From the NCBI GenBank assembly GCA_013265495.1, contig MU057651.1, positions 1,251,674 through 1,315,673 on the forward strand: a DNA stretch of 64,000 nt, given 5' to 3'. The notes below the pieces were generated by a model. That model saw only the letters and a list, made by a program, of their open reading frames with translations. It ran no database searches and was not told the DNA's origin. Below are positions 40,263-54,995 of the stretch, one piece after another (positions within the stretch are counted from its first letter, which is position 1; every line of letters starts with the position of its first letter). A program made the position numbers and the translations under genes. This DNA is from Vicugna vicugna. Taxonomy: Eukaryota.

Positions 40263-43200
40263 GGGTTTAACCATACTGACTGTATTTTTACAGATTGAAT
40301 CTGTTGTTTATATACTTTGCATATGAGATATTCTTTGTGTTGAGATAAGACATGAAAGGTTTTAACCTGGTTGTGGAAGGAAGATGCCTCCATTTCTGTT
40401 TTTCTCTGAGCTTTTAGATCCTAGGGAATTATGGCTTTAAGTTGGCTGCCATGAGTAATACAGTTGAATTTTTTAGCTAAGTTGGTGAGGAACTTGAGTA
40501 CAGTTGAAAAGCAATCATTTTTTGGTGGCAGAAGAAAAGAACCAAGCTAGGGGGCTTCTCACTTTTCCCGTATCTACCTACAATATAATTAACCTTATTG
40601 AATACCCCTGTTGTAGTAATTAGTATATTGGTAGAGATGGATATTATACTGTTAATGTTACCACCTCCAAATTTCATTCTAAGGAATCTAATTGTAAGGA
40701 AGAGCAGGTTGCCAGAGTAGGAACTTGTGAACATCTAAGGCTATTTTTAAACCTCTGTTTTTGCCTTGGTATGGTGGAAGGGATAGGATTTATGGTAAAA
40801 TATTAAGGAAATATGCCTTTTTCATAGTTGTACCCCTCTCCCACAAACATATTTCTGATCTCTCCTGGTCTGCATCAATAGAAGAGTCTCAGAAGAGTCT
40901 CAGAAGGGTGTGGGAAGTGGCATACAACTTGGATTAGGGAGTATCTTGCTCAGCTTTACATTGCATTTCTGGACTTCTGCTGATTCCATGCAGATTTCCC
41001 TGAGAGTGACTGCTGACCTGATAGTATTGGCCACCAGTTAGCAGGGAAGATTCACCTAGATTAGGTGGTTACTTCCTGTTCCTGTCTACAGACTTGGAAA
41101 AGTGGAGAGAATTTACTTTCCTCTAAACATTTCTCAGAACATCGTGGCACAAAATGTTCAGAAGGAGGAAAATTCTTTAAAAAGCTATGTCTGGTTACCT
41201 TCAGATAAACGTTTCCATTAATATTTCATTTCATTTTGAGCCCCTTTCTGGTTTGTAGTATTTTTTTCAGTGTACGTAGGTGGCCTCAAACCATATGGTA
41301 TAAGTATTTTCTGAAAACATTCACTCTTTGTCTTACTAGGAACTGTTTTCCTTATTTCCTTGTCATTAAGTAAGCAGCTCCTCTCAACAGGCTTTAATCC
41401 CTTTTTCTGCTTTGATCTGTCTCTGACAATGCTGATGTCTTATGTCCTTTTGAGAACTCATACATGTTTTAATAACGCATTTAAGAATGAAATTGCCTAT
41501 TTCTTCCCCCCGTGTGTTGGGAAGAGAAAAATTTTTGTTGCTATTTTTAGATAATATGTATTGAATGTTCCCATAGTCGTTGCCCTGTATGAAGTAGTTA
41601 TCAGACACCAGAAATAATCTCTTGCGCTCAGTGATGGTTATTCTGTTTCAGTCTGCCTTAAAATGCTTTACTTCCCAAGTTCTTTTCCTCATTAAATGTT
41701 GCTTGTAGATATTTTGGGTTTTTTTAAATTTCCAAATACATGTTCTTTATAAAAAGACATTGGATGAGCATTTGTAAGTGAGGAATTAGAATCCCAGATT
41801 TTGAAGGAATAGTTTTATTCTGTCTACTAAAAATCTGATTTCTTCCATCTTCAGGCATCTGTCCTAAACACAGTGGGTTTGGCAAGTAGCAATCCCTCCC
41901 ATCTTTGACACAGATACTTCCCTGCAATACCAACCCCCAAAGTGGATGTTGCCTGGGGCAGGTAAGGAACAGGGAGAGTACAGACGATTCTGCATCTCCT
42001 CTTCCTCTTATGAGGGCTCTTGAGAACATATACTCAACAGTGCCTAAAACCCATAGAATGTTAAATCTGGAAGAGACCGTAGCAAGTTATCAAGACTGTC
42101 AGACTACTTCCTGGTCTCTGAAAGTGTGCACTTTTACATCTCCATGTCCTTGTTTACTATGAAATGCCTTGCTCGCAGGCTAGGAGTGCTTGGCAAAATG
42201 CAGCTTATCCTCTAGCACTCTACCCTCTGAATGAGTCATCCCTTTAGTAGTCATAGCATAGCATAATAAGAAACTGTGTTTAATTTCTCCTGCTATGTGT
42301 TTGAATGCCCTCCAAAGTATTTTATAATGTAGTGTTTAATGGTGTTCTTTTTTTATTTACGCTACAAATTTTGCATGTTTTCTTGAATAGATAGGATGAT
42401 AGTAACAACGATGTCCGTATCTATTTTAGCAGGATAAATAAGAGGATTGAAGGTAAAGTACTTTTAAATGACTTTCATGTTTTCGATGGGAAATGAATTC
42501 ACTCATGCTTTTAGGTTTCTTACTCAAGTCACTGAGGAAGAGAATATACAAGTTAGTTCTGTGTATTGAGAAGCCATTATGGTATTTTAAAGACATGTTA
42601 TTATACATGTTACAGTGTGATTAACTTTGTTCTGAATCTGCCTGTCTTACATAGAGATCTTTTGTATAGGCATTGTTATGGAAGAGGATTGATATCTTAC
42701 TGTCCATTTAATGATTGCTGATGTTGACTCTACCAAGTTAGAAAGTGAAAAACGAAGAGGTGGAATTCATCTTTAAAGATAATGTATGTGAATTTTAGGA
42801 TACTAGTATTTGTATGAGTAATAGAAGAATTGGTGAGAAGGCGATCCCATTTAATTCTTGTCTTGCTGATCAACTCTTAGTCAAGAGCAATTAGAGAAAA
42901 TTTTCAATTGCAGCCTTAGCGTCTTGTCTCAAGTTATAAGATAGTACATATGATAGGGAAAGCAAAAAACCTGTATTTCACCTTTTGCTTTTTTTTTTAA
43001 TACCTGTAGTGTAGGTCATCCAGCACTTGAATATTAACATTGACAAAACTTGGCCTTATACTTAGTCATCTTTTCAGTGCCTCTGGGCATTTGACTCTTG
43101 GAAGGAGGTGATTCTTAGTACTGCTCCCTGGTTTGTGTACATTATTTGGGAACCTGTCTGCCATTGTGGTTACCTGTCAGAACACAGAATCATTTAAATG

Positions 43201-43521
43201 TTTGAGGTGGGTGATTAAAGTGCTTGAACAGGATATCTTTTCCCCCAACTGCCAATGACTGACTAGAGAGTACTTTAAAGAGAGAACGTCTTCTCAAACT
43301 CAACAGCATATTATAAGAAATACATGACATATGGTATATCCTTCTAAAATTTAAATTTTTAGAAAGCAGAAATGTATTCTATTATACCAATAATACTGTG
43401 AATACTCTTATTAACAGGAACCATCCCCAACTGTAGGGTATTAATCCTTTTACAAAATGTCCAAAAATGTATAAATTATTTCATTAAAACTGACAAAGTT
43501 GCTTCTATTCAGAAAATAATT

Positions 43522-43611
43522 TTTTTTAATTGAAGTACCGTCAGTTACAATGTGTCAGTTTCTGGTGTACAGCACAATGTCCCAGTCATGCATGTACATA
43601 CATATATTCGT
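43522..43611 (-). mobile_element. Young, extremely 5'-truncated L1 3' tail (cetartiodactyl/camelid type)
   Basis: tttttaattgaagta...tttctggtgtacagca...catacatatattcgt. Perfect 11-bp TSD agaaaataatt (43511-43521 / 43612-43622). Confidence 0.85.
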
Positions 43612-43964
43612 AGAAAATAATTGTTTTTAAACTTAACCGTTAACTGAGGCTGTCAGTGCTTTGCTGCAGAATCCAATCTACCGTATTAAACTTCATTTAA
43701 AACTATATTACCTTCTTAAAACAATAACCAAAAAAAACTAAATTACCTTCTGGTTGCTGTCTTATTATAATTGATACTTGAGCTCTTGTATTTATTGGCA
43801 ATAATTTTATCTAAAAATTAAAATACATTTTATGGCTTCAATTACTTGGTTAATATTTGCTATTGTCCTTCACTCTCTGAGCCCTACTCATTCTTCTGGG
43901 CCAAGCTGAAGATGATCAAACTCGACATTTTCTTATATTTCAGTAGCTTAATTTATGGCATTTT

Positions 43965-44155
43965 GGACATGGCTTATAGCACTTACTTCCTTTTGCCTCA
44001 TGTTAGTTAGCTGTGAACATGCCTCCTGCCTCCTGCACTGGCTCCTAGGAAGCAAACACTGTATCTTAGGCAACTTTGTATCTCCAGTAGTAGCTTTCAC
44101 AGTGCTTTGCACCCCTCCCCTAATACACTCAGTAAGTATTTATTGGAACTGTTGA
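43965..44155 (+). mobile_element. L2 3'-end fragment
   Basis: atagcactta...gctcctaggaagca...ctttgtatctccag...cacagtgctttgcac...ctcagtaagtatttattg. Confidence 0.65.
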
Positions 44156-44231
44156 TTTTTTTTCCCCCTTGATTTTCTCGACTAGACTTAGGAATCAATC
44201 AGGGACTTGAGGTTTAAATGAGAAATCAGGC

Positions 44232-44440
44232 AGTAATGACTCCGTAGTCAAGATTGCCCAGGTTTGAGTTCCTACTTCATCATGTATTAACTGTGAGGCT
44301 GCCTCATTTGTAAAATAGGAATGTTAGTATCAGCATCCTAGAGTTGTTGATGAGGATTAAGATAGATAACCTACTGAAAACATTTATTGGGCTTCCTAGT
44401 ATGTAGGATACACTCAATACAGTATAGCTATAATTATTGC
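44232..44440 (+). mobile_element. MIR
   Basis: ccaggtttgagttcct...cctcatttgtaaaatagga...gagttgttgatgaggattaa...cactcaatac. Confidence 0.72.
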
Positions 44441-44458
44441 TAAATGCAGTCCTTTGGG

Positions 44459-44706
<248 letters not shown>

Positions 44707-46094
44707 TGAAGACCAATTTTTGTTACCTCTGCTTCTACGTTAAAAAAAAAAAACTTATGAAACTTGAACCTGATACCTTAACTCCTTTTCCTTTACTAAA
44801 TTGTCAACATTCTTGACTCCTTTCATGTCAGATTTTTTCTTCTCTTCAACCATTTGTCTTATTTCTGGTAAATGTTATTGATATTTATTACCATAATATA
44901 AAATACTATGATTACATGTATTCTGCCATAGATGTTTTAAAGTGGTTTTTTTTTTCCTTTCAATGGCCGGTTTATTTTTTATAAACTGAAAATCAATGAC
45001 CAAATATCTGTGGATTACTTAAATGTATTATTTTCGTAACAGTCATTGTATCTTCTTTGTTAGGCTTTAAAAGAATCGTTGATGTCTATTTCATGTCACA
45101 CATTTTGTTACACTTTAAATACTTTTGAAATTGAAGGGAGAACCTAAGAAGGAAGTGATGCCACAGCCTGACAGCATGATCATTCACATTCACACTTTAC
45201 CCAGAATTAATTGTAGCTTACTTCCTTTGTTTTCTCTAAATAAGGACAAAGTAATGAATGCCTCATTACAGTTTGTTAAGACTTTGTTCTTAATTTCTGA
45301 ACTCACAAAAAGCTATCTAGCATGCCATCAGATTTTTTTGGTTCAAGTTTAGATTTCTAGCAAATTGTGTTCCAAAATTATTTCAAAAGAAGAAAATTCC
45401 TTGAATAATAAGCTATTAGTAAAGGAATTTCCTGTTTTTCATATTTCAGGGTGATTATCTGATACAGTTTCTATAGTTGTAATGTGCACAGTGTCTGTCC
45501 AATAAGAAATTGGCTCCTGCTGACTATTGGTACCTGGGGCAAGTTGTTCAATCTTCAATAGATAAAGTAGCAGTTACAGTATTTTGTTCTATATATTTAA
45601 TAGGGATATTAGGGAGATGCAAGGGAATGAAGTAATAATCAATCATTACTTTGCTTTAGGATCATTGTTTTACTACAGAATTGTGTAAATGCAGCTCATA
45701 ACACCAGTTAATAAAATGCTGGTAACTGAGTTTAGTATTCTTATATTTGAAGATGTAGCTCATAGTTACAGGGTTTTCTTAGCTTACACTGAAGCCCAGA
45801 AAGAAAAGCAAAAGCTTGGAGAGTCACATTTATTCTTAGATTTTCACAGGTAATAGAAATTGGGTGTTTGGACTTGATTAAATAATATACAGGCAGTAAA
45901 GGAGCTGGAACACATATTCTGGAAATAACTGCAACTTGCTAAAGATAGTACAAACGCAAGTCTAGGCATGTTAGATTTTTTTTTACCCTGACATGAAATA
46001 CCATGGGGACTTTAGTAAATTCTGCCAGTGACTATCTTTTTGGGATGGGTGCATATGAAATTACTCTTCTAGCTAATCAAAGACAATTTATTAT

Positions 46095-46376
46095 ACATTT
46101 CCTAAAATAACCTGTTATGAGGAATACTGGTTCCTTTGTATTGCTTTAAGAAAAAAAAGAAATCTATGGGCAAATAAATTTTGGGAACACTAGTTAAACA
46201 AATTTAAACACCTCTGCTCACTGTAGGATTTCTCAGAACCTTTTATGTTAATAGTGTGGTGAATCTCTGAGAGATACAAAATGCAGTATTTCACAGACTT
46301 TTTTGCCTCCCTTTTATCTTCTCACCGTCGTGTTTTATGCCATTGGTATTCTAAGAAACACATTTTCAGAAATAGA
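46095..46376. mobile_element. Charlie4-like hAT element fragment
   Basis: caaataaattttgggaacactagttaaacaaatttaaac...actgtaggatttctcagaaccttt...gtgaatctct...atgcagtatttcacagactt. Confidence 0.6.
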
Positions 46377-47104
46377 AGTCTATTGTAAAATTTCTATTTC
46401 TCTTTACAGTTGAGGGGTCCAAATTGATAGTATGGAAGCTTTTTGTACTTTCTAAGGAAATTGGGGCAGAAATCCCAGTATCAAATATTACATACTTTAG
46501 AAATCCTTAGTAGTAGTAACTGTAGTAGCAGTTTGGTTTTGTTTAAAGAAAATATGAAATTCTTTTGCCCACATTGATAAAAAGGGGTAAAAATATCCAA
46601 CTTTTCTGGACTTGTGGCTCTGCCTCCTAGGGTAATTACCAGAAGAATTATAGCATATCTTTCTGACAATAATGTGATTCTGAATAAGTCATTCAAATAG
46701 TTGAACTTGGAAATTTGCCTGTATTTGTGTATGTGGTTACCCTCATTGTAGTCTATGGCTCTTCCTGTTTACTTTTCAGCTTTTTCCCTCGTGTTTCTAT
46801 ACAACTTCCTGAAATCATACCCAGCACGTGAGAGAGACGTGTGTTTGAGTGTGTATATAGGCATATACATACCTGGCCTTCTCATTCTTGTTTGGCTTAA
46901 TTTCTTTTGCTCAGTATGATATTAAGAATGAAGTTATTTGGAAGAGATGAACAAAGAAAACAAGTCTCAAAATATACTGTTGCTTATTTTCTCTGGATTC
47001 ATTTTAGAGTCAAAACGGCGGAGTCATTTTAAAAAGCTGCAGTCTAATGTCTCTCAGTCCCATAGGTTAGTCATCATTTCTCCATGCTGTTGTTACTAGT
47101 GGTA

Positions 47105-47335
47105 TTCATAGCTACCGTTTATGAGGCACTTGCTCCATGTCAGACACTGCAGAGGAGCTTTCTATGCATGGTCCTCACAATAACTCTTAGTATTAATATT
47201 CACATTTTAAAAAATGAGGGAACTTGAGATTTAGAGAATTTAAATAATTTATCCACCCACACATCTAGTAAGTGGTAGAACCAGGATTCAAACCCAGGTC
47301 ATCTGACTGCAAAGTCCAAGCTCTTAACCGCTGAA
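47105..47335 (-). mobile_element. MIR
   Basis: tcctcacaataactct...cacattttaaaaaatgaggga...ctagtaagtggtagaaccaggattcaaacccaggtc...gctcttaacc. Confidence 0.82.
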
Positions 47336-47932
47336 TTTAAGATAAGACAAAATAAAAATTTCTGATAATGTATGTTTTGCAGGTTCATCATGCAAGTAAT
47401 GAATCTGGAAGCAGGTTCTTATAAATTGTATAAACCATGGATCAATAATTCTTCAAAAATTCTAGCTTGGAGTTAAGATTGAAATCTTAGAACATTATTT
47501 TAAATTCCAGAAAATCCATAGATGGGATTATAGAAAGTATATAACTCAGGGTCAGAAGAAACTGGACTTGCATTAATGTTATAAAAACGATAGTGCTTAT
47601 TAAAAAAATATAATACTGTATGATATGAAATTGTGTTCTTTGGCTGCATGAAAATAATGGACTAGACTTCAAGAAGAATATGATTTTTCTGATCATAACA
47701 ACTGGTGATTCTTGGAGTCTGGTCTTCCAGTCTGAAAACCCATAAATCACAAAACTTACAAATGGAAGCAAATGAACTTAGAGGGGGTTTGGGATAAAAG
47801 GAAAGGAGAGAGAAAAACAAAGAATAAACAGTGAAATTGAAGACTCAGCAGGTATAGGTGTCTTTCTTAAAAAATCACACTATCTGGTTATTCACTCTCT
47901 TCATCTGTTCTCAGAATGTTGCTCAGCTATAT

Positions 47933-48445
47933 TCTTTATTTTTTATTGCAAAATATACATAACATGAAATCTACCATTTTAACCAGTTTTAAGTGTATGG
48001 TTCTGTGGCTTTAAGTACATTCACATTGATATGCAACCATCCACCATTCATCTCCAGAACTTTTTCATCTTCTCCAGCTGAAATTCTGTATCCACTAAGC
48101 ACTAACTCCCCATTTCCCCATCCCCCAGCCCCTGACAACCATCATTCTACTTTCTGTCTCTGTGAATTTGACTCCTCTATGTGCCTCATGTAAGTGAAAT
48201 CATTCAGTACTTGCCCTTTTGTGTCTGGCTTATTTCATTTAGCGTAATGTCTTCAGGGTTCATCCATGTTGTAACATGTGTTCGAATTTCTTTCCTTTTT
48301 AAGGCTGAATTATATTCCCTCATATGTATCTGCCATGTTTTGTTTGTCCATTAATCCATGCATGGACACTTGAGTGACTTCCACTTTTTGACATTACAAA
48401 TAATGCTACTGTGAACATGAGCATGCAACAGTCTATATGAGCACT
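47933..48445 (-). mobile_element. L1MB-like 3' end
   Basis: tatacataacatgaaatctaccattttaacc...agtacattcacattg...ctactttctgtctctgtgaatttgact...ggttcatccatgttgta...aataatgctactgtgaacat. Confidence 0.9.
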
Positions 48446-49489
48446 CTTTCTTCTTTTAAAAAGCCAACCATTTTGTAGAAGACAATGATCTAGTTTGTTT
48501 GTGGTCTCTTAATCTCTAAAACCTAAATGTAAAAAAATTACCAGGTACTTTTTACATTAAATGCCTATCCTGGATTAAGCTTTTATTTATAAATATATAT
48601 ACTGTTCTAAAATGAAAATACTTGTCATTGTCAAGTTGTATGTTCTCCTAATTGAAATTTTAATTTATTGTAGACTGAAATAAGACCTTATAAATAGGCT
48701 AAGAATTTCTCCCAACTGTAAAAATACGTACCTTCTCTGTAGGTAGCAGGAAAACTTTGGGAGCATTACAACATGTAACTATTAAATAGACTATTATTTC
48801 CTTGACCTTGGAGACTCTGGATAAAAGCCTAAAAGATGATAGCAAATAAGAAGCAGAATGGAGAGCTCAGAATTAGTGATAGAAATTTCTCCATGGTGAC
48901 AAATCAAAGCTCACAAATTAGTGTATTTATTAGTGGCCAAAACTTCAAAATAAAAATATTCCATGTCCCAGTTGAAGAAAAACAATTTCTAATATTTACC
49001 AAGCTACTTGCATTTATGCCTTTTACATGTTAGAAAGCAGAGATAAATTTATTTACTCTTTTTTAGCACTTAGATTATATGCTTTTATAGAAAAGAGCAT
49101 CACAATTAATACAAATGAACACAAACATCTTGGTCAAATAAAATTCCTTAGAATTTTGGTTAATAAATTGTCCAGTGCCCTATAGGTTTATTTCTTTATG
49201 TAAATTCAAGTTGGTGGTAATTTTTCTAGAATATGTAAATTACTAATGTGTTCTTATTTCATAAAACAGGAATATGGCCTATTGTCACACTTAAAAGACT
49301 GTCTTTCTTCTCCTTTACTTGGTTGTACTTAGAGGTCTTGGCAATGAAATAATTATGCAGTTGCAGGCAGTGTCTGGAGCTTGATTCTGAACTATGCTAC
49401 TTTGTTGCACTGCTTAATCCTGAGAAATTAGCAAGGGAGGTTTGTTCCATTCTAGGGAACAGGGTGACCAGAGGAAAGGTGATTTGTTT

Positions 49490-49585
49490 TGTGTGTGTGG
49501 GTGTGTGAGAGAGAGAGAGAGAGAGGTGGGGATGGGTGTGGAGGAGACAGAGAGAGGGAGAGAGAGGGAGAGGATGAGAGAGAAG
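49490..49585. repeat. (GT)n-(GA)n compound, purine-rich repeat
   Basis: Seen directly. Confidence 0.85.
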
Positions 49586-52500
49586 ATGATTGTTTGCATT
49601 GTACAAATGTTTACTTACTATTAGGCTTTTTAAGATACTGGGAAATAGCTAACAGACCTACTTTATTACCTTCAAAGGTCCTGGCTAGATTTGGTACTCT
49701 GGGGTAACTAGACTGATTGTAAACCAAATTTGCTTTTATATTTTAGTGTTGTAATCTGGCATTTTTCTAAATCAGTATGAGTTTAAAACTGTTGTAAGCA
49801 GCATAATTATTTTCCCCCCTCAGGGTGGACTATTTTGTGATTATTCTTATTCTTGATCATTTTAGGTAACTAGACTTGGCTTATTGTGACTAATTCATTT
49901 AAGCAAGCTACCCCCCCCAACTCTTCAGTCACACAGATTGATTTTTCTTATGAAGAGAAAAGCTGTACATGAGTCATTTCTGACTGTACACTATTGTCAG
50001 GGAAGCTCATTCTGGAGATGTTATGTCCAGACTATTTTTGGCAAGAGTGTGTGGCAAGACTCCTGGCTAAAATATGCTTTTTGGAGAAAAAAAATAGATA
50101 TATCAAAAACACGATGTGAAATTAATTATCTTAATTTACAGTCTACATTTTGTTGCCTTTTTCAAAAGGCAGCATGGCCTGAGTCCTAAAACTTATACGT
50201 CAGTTGTTACTTCCAGTGTATAAATTACTGAATGAGAAATTGTTTGTCAGATTTTATAAGCATTTAATTTAAGGAATAGTTTGGAACTTAGATTGTTATA
50301 TGCCCTTTACTCAAAACTATCATAGAAAAGCAAAGCTAAATATAATCTGTAGAAATCTGGAATCTTCATTTTAGCCGCTAGTTTAACGCACTCCTTCATT
50401 ATCCCGTGGTTGTGCTAATGTGCAGAGATGTGGCCACAGAATGGCCAGCAGAATGTGGCAAGAGAAACTAAAGAGTAGAAACCATTCCCAGTATGGGTGA
50501 GGGTTCCTGAGTTATAGAGAATTATCTGAATTCATATAGCACCTACTGCCACAGAAATGAAGAGTAGTGAGTATATCAGATTCTACTTCTTTATCACATC
50601 TTTCAGAGTCTCCAGTTGGAATCCTCATGTTGCTTTGATTAAGAGCCAGAGGCACAATGCCTTTGCGTAGAAAATCAGAAAAAGCCATCTGTAAAAAGGT
50701 GAAGGTGTGAGAGACGCTGAAAAGGGACTTTTGCTGTGTCAGAGCTCTTCATTCTTGTGCTTTATAAGGAGGGTAAACTATAAGAAATTGACCCGATTTT
50801 TACATCTATCTATAAACCTTACCCTTTTGCTCCTAGGAGGCTGCTCTTTTCCCCTTTAATTGTGTTCATCCTGCAAATCTGGTCTAAATTTTGCCTTAGA
50901 AGTTTATAATATAGTAGGAGAGATAAGTTATATAAATCATTACAGTCCTAGGTAGAAAGTAACTTTTGTCAAAGAGGCAGAGGATGTGATACCAGATGAA
51001 CAGATACTCAACATTTGTAATAAAAGCGTAAAAGTATTTAAAGCAATTTATGAAATTATTTAGTCCATCCCTAGTTCCCTTTAGATAAAAGCAAAAGACT
51101 TTATAACCTTTATACCACTTTTTGGTTTGTTTTTATCCTTTGTGGACAAAAAAAATCCAAATTATAGGGATGTGTATAAATTGTTAGTATCAAAGTGACC
51201 ACATACAAGATATTCAGTATTTTGAGAGATTTTACTAACACATATTTTGAAGGGGGGAAATGAACTTGCTGTGGAAAAAAATAAAATCTCAGAAATAGAG
51301 TACACTTAAAAGAGTGTGCTCTCCCCCTCCCCAACTTGACCAAAGAGTACATAGAACCCGTTGGATTGTAGCCTTGATGCTTGGCAAATGAAAAAATTAC
51401 AAGTTAACAGTTTAGATTCCACTTTCCTCTTACCCTGTTAAAATAAATTCATATTTCGTTTCAGTCCAGTAAAATGTTATCTACCTCGTTTCCTGAGAAT
51501 CACTGCTTGAGACAGTCTTCATTTTTTTCAGATGAAAGACTGAAGAGGTAAAGATAGATTAGGATACAAATTTCATGTAAAATCTGTATCATATTAGATG
51601 TGGTCTAAAATTATACTGTAGGCATTTAACAATATACTTTTGTCTAAACATTTAAAAAAATAAACATTGGGTCTACTTATAAATGTCTAAAATATTAGAG
51701 TCACTAGGACCTGAATGAACAAAAGAACAGATTTGTATCTTAGTGTTCTTGAAGAATAAGATGCTCACACCAACATATGCTCCTGTCTAGAATATCATAC
51801 AAATAATATACTCTTACTCCTTCTAGGGGACAGTGTTGCTAGTAATTGGAGTACTGTAAAATAATTGGATGTTGAGGGTTTTGTGCAGGAATTTAATATT
51901 AAATTTTTAGTTACTATTTTATGAGCATGAGCAAATACTTTTTAAAAGATTTCCTTAAAAGGCAAAAGAAGCAAAGCCCTCCTCTGTGATCTTTGCCCTT
52001 CCCTCAAACTTTACCTCAGATGTGGATATCCAAAGGAGTCTTTGGAAAAAAAATTCCTTTTCATTATTGATAACAATTGGGTGTTCTTTAAAGGCAAAAC
52101 AATTATTGTTCACCCTTTATCTTGCATTATAAATATATTTATCTTAGAAACAATTCCCAGACTTTTTTTTTTAACATTCTCACTTTTTAAATAAAGAGCA
52201 AACACTCATTATATAAGTCTTGTACTAAAGAGCTACATTCTCTGAGCTGCTGCTTGTTAAAGAAATAAATGTAAAAACCCATCCTGTATAACAAAATAGA
52301 TATGGACAAATGGTAACTTTTTAAAAAATTCTATTGGAATAAGAATTTCATAGGTGCTAAGAATTTTTAAAGGAGGAAAGTGGTATTTAACATATTCTAT
52401 TGAGAATGAAGCTATAGTTACTCTTAATAGCAGATGTACATTTTCAGTGTGTTTAAAATCTAAAAGTGAAGAAAATACATTAGATTCATAAAGTATAGGT

Positions 52501-53051
52501 TTAAAATGGGTCTCTTGTTCAGAAAACTTTATTAATTTTACAATTATACTTCCATTCACAAAGTTATTCTGTAAATAAACATATCGTAGCTATAGGCTTC
52601 ATCATTCAAATTAGGTTAGCATGTTATTGTCCCATTTTTAACCCTCATCTTTTAAATTTATATCTTGAAATGCCAACTTTTGTGTCCTTCATAGTGGTGA
52701 AAGAGGAGATAGGAAAAAGCCATAAAAATAAATTCTTCAGAAGCTTTAATTAAAGGGATTGCCCAGAACTCGACTTCCTGTTGCTATACCCAACTACTTT
52801 CAGGACTGCTTTGTATGTTCTGCAAAACTGATTTAAAAGGTTCCAACTACTGCCACTTCACTAAGGATGGGAGGAAGGAGAATCTCTTTTAAATTCTTCA
52901 GGCTGCTTTAAACTGAAACCATTCTTCTAAGACAACCTTTTGTTGCTCCCTAGCTAAGGGGGATTGCTTTGCTTACCTAGAGGCGGAGAAGGCTGCTAAC
53001 CCTTTGAAATGAGTGGAGGTGTGTTGCGTGTGAAATGCAGTAAATAACCAT

Positions 53052-53222
53052 ACGCTGTGGTTAGACTTACACTGCTAGTGAGGTCATGGGTTCAGTCCCC
53101 ATTCGGACCAGTTCACTTTGTCTTGCTCCATATCACAGTCTGCACCCTAGACCCTGGGCAGTGGGTTACAAGGGGCTTCAGACAAGAGCCTGTGGATGAT
53201 TTAGTACCACACCGAAAACCTC
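53052..53222 (+). mobile_element. MamSINE1-like ancient tRNA-derived SINE
   Basis: tggttagac...tgctagtgagg.tcatgggttcagtcccc...ccagttcacttt...cacagtctgcaccctagaccctgg...ggttacaagggg...tgtggatg follows the recalled MamSINE1 consensus in order. Confidence 0.7.
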
Positions 53223-54129
53223 AGTATTGTCTCAGCACATGAAACATGCTACATTTGGAACACCCAAAACTTAGCTATCGCATGAATAGTTAATAATGAT
53301 TCTGATAATAATTGCTTTGAATCTAAAAGAAAAAATGAGACTGTTAAAAATGTTCATTTCTTTTCAAAAGCCCTCTGAAGAGGGCCAATGCAATGTTGGA
53401 AAAATAGCTCTTTGGAGTAGCAGTGGGACTTGAGAACACAGGTTGGATTTCAACAGGCCTGAAAATGCTCGGACAAAAAGGGAGATCCCTGGTTGGATCG
53501 CTGGCCTCAGAGCAGCCTGGAGAAATTGAAATTGTTTATTAGTTCCCCTTTCCCAAGTTTCCTCCTGTAAGAAAGAGTAGTGGCAAGGGATGGGAGTCAT
53601 CGTAGGTAATAGTAGATTTCAACTGAAGCAACTCTTTAAGTTGTTCAGTTGATGAAAGGATGAGTATGTGAAATTCACAAGGTTGTAAATACATGTTATA
53701 AAATGTAATTGCTCTGTTTAAAAGGGCATTGTTTTTAAAAGCGGCATTTAAAATTTGTTATCTATGGTGTATTGAGATGCTCCTGTGCTTTGTGTATCAG
53801 CTCACTAAGATGTTATCTATTATCTTAGTGTATGTGCTCTCCCATGCAGTTGCATATTCCTCTTCGTAGCTTTTATTATTGCTCAGAGCAGCACACTTAC
53901 CCTGTTAGTCAAAATGGGTACAGAGGTACCCACTGGCATGACTAAACTCTCCTCAGTTATTGTTAATCCTTATACCTGAGACAAGAACCCCCCATGTCTC
54001 CCTATATTGCCTAGAGTAAAACTAAAGTCATTCCAAAGCATGTATTTCACTTAGAATAAAGTTAACGTGGTACAGTGCCACCATCCTCTGTCTGCCCCTG
54101 CCTATCCCCCCATCTCCTATTCCTTTCTT

Positions 54130-54450
54130 AAAAAGCATGGCATCCGACGCCCTAACCTCACACTCCAGCCACGCACAATTATCCACCACTTCCCAAATAG
54201 AGTCTTTCATGTCTCTCTGGCTTTGAATATGTTTTTCTTTGCCAACCACACCTCTCTCTATTTCTACCCAGTCATCTCCTACTCATCCTTCAAGACTCAG
54301 CTTGCTCATTACTTCCTTTGTGAGATTTCCTTGACTCCCCAGCAAAGTTGGTCAGTCTTTGTGTTCTCTTAGCACGTTGTTCAGATCTCTGTTATAGCAC
54401 TTAACGCACGGATTGTGGTGATTAAATTTACATGTTTGTCTCTCCCTTTT
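54130..54450 (+). mobile_element. L2 fragment
   Basis: ctcctactcatccttcaagactcagctt...ttccttgactcccc...ctgttatagcactta...tttacatgtttgtctctccc. Confidence 0.72.
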
Positions 54451-54814
54451 GAATTTGCTCTCAGCAGTAGTTTACCAAGCCACATCAAAGCAGATAAACA
54501 GAAACGAGTCTTGTGACTTTGTAACAACTTTACTTGATCCTGAGAACCATTTTTACCCTCTTCCCTTTCTGTCTGCTTCTGTTAGCTTAGGTTTGTCCCC
54601 TTCTCTTGCTGCCAGCGTACTTGAGCCAGTAGGAGTTGCCAATGCTGATTGGTCGTGAGAGAGGTGGTTTAAGGCCAGTTGGAGTTAGACTGAGCCAGGG
54701 AACAGGGATCCTTATCCAGTACACTTTAGAAAGCAGGTTAGTGTAAGGTCGATCTCTTGTTGTAAGTGCTACAACTGATTGAAGAAGCACAGTGTGAATT
54801 GATGCTCACCATGG

Positions 54815-54995
54815 AACATGGAACCATAGAGCTTGAAGGCATCCTTAGAAGTCATCTAGTCCAATTTCTATCAGACACTTTAATCTTGCTTCAAGTCTCC
54901 CAAGAAATGGGCATCTAGCGTCTATCTGAATATCTCCATTGACTTCAAACTCACTACCAGCTAAGTAGCCATTTCATTTTCAAACACCTCTAAAC
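54815..54995 (-). mobile_element. L3/CR1 (or MIR3-tail) fragment
   Basis: agagcttgaaggcatccttagaagtcatctagtccaa...catctagc...tgaatatctccattgac...ctcactacc...agccatttcatt. Confidence 0.55.
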
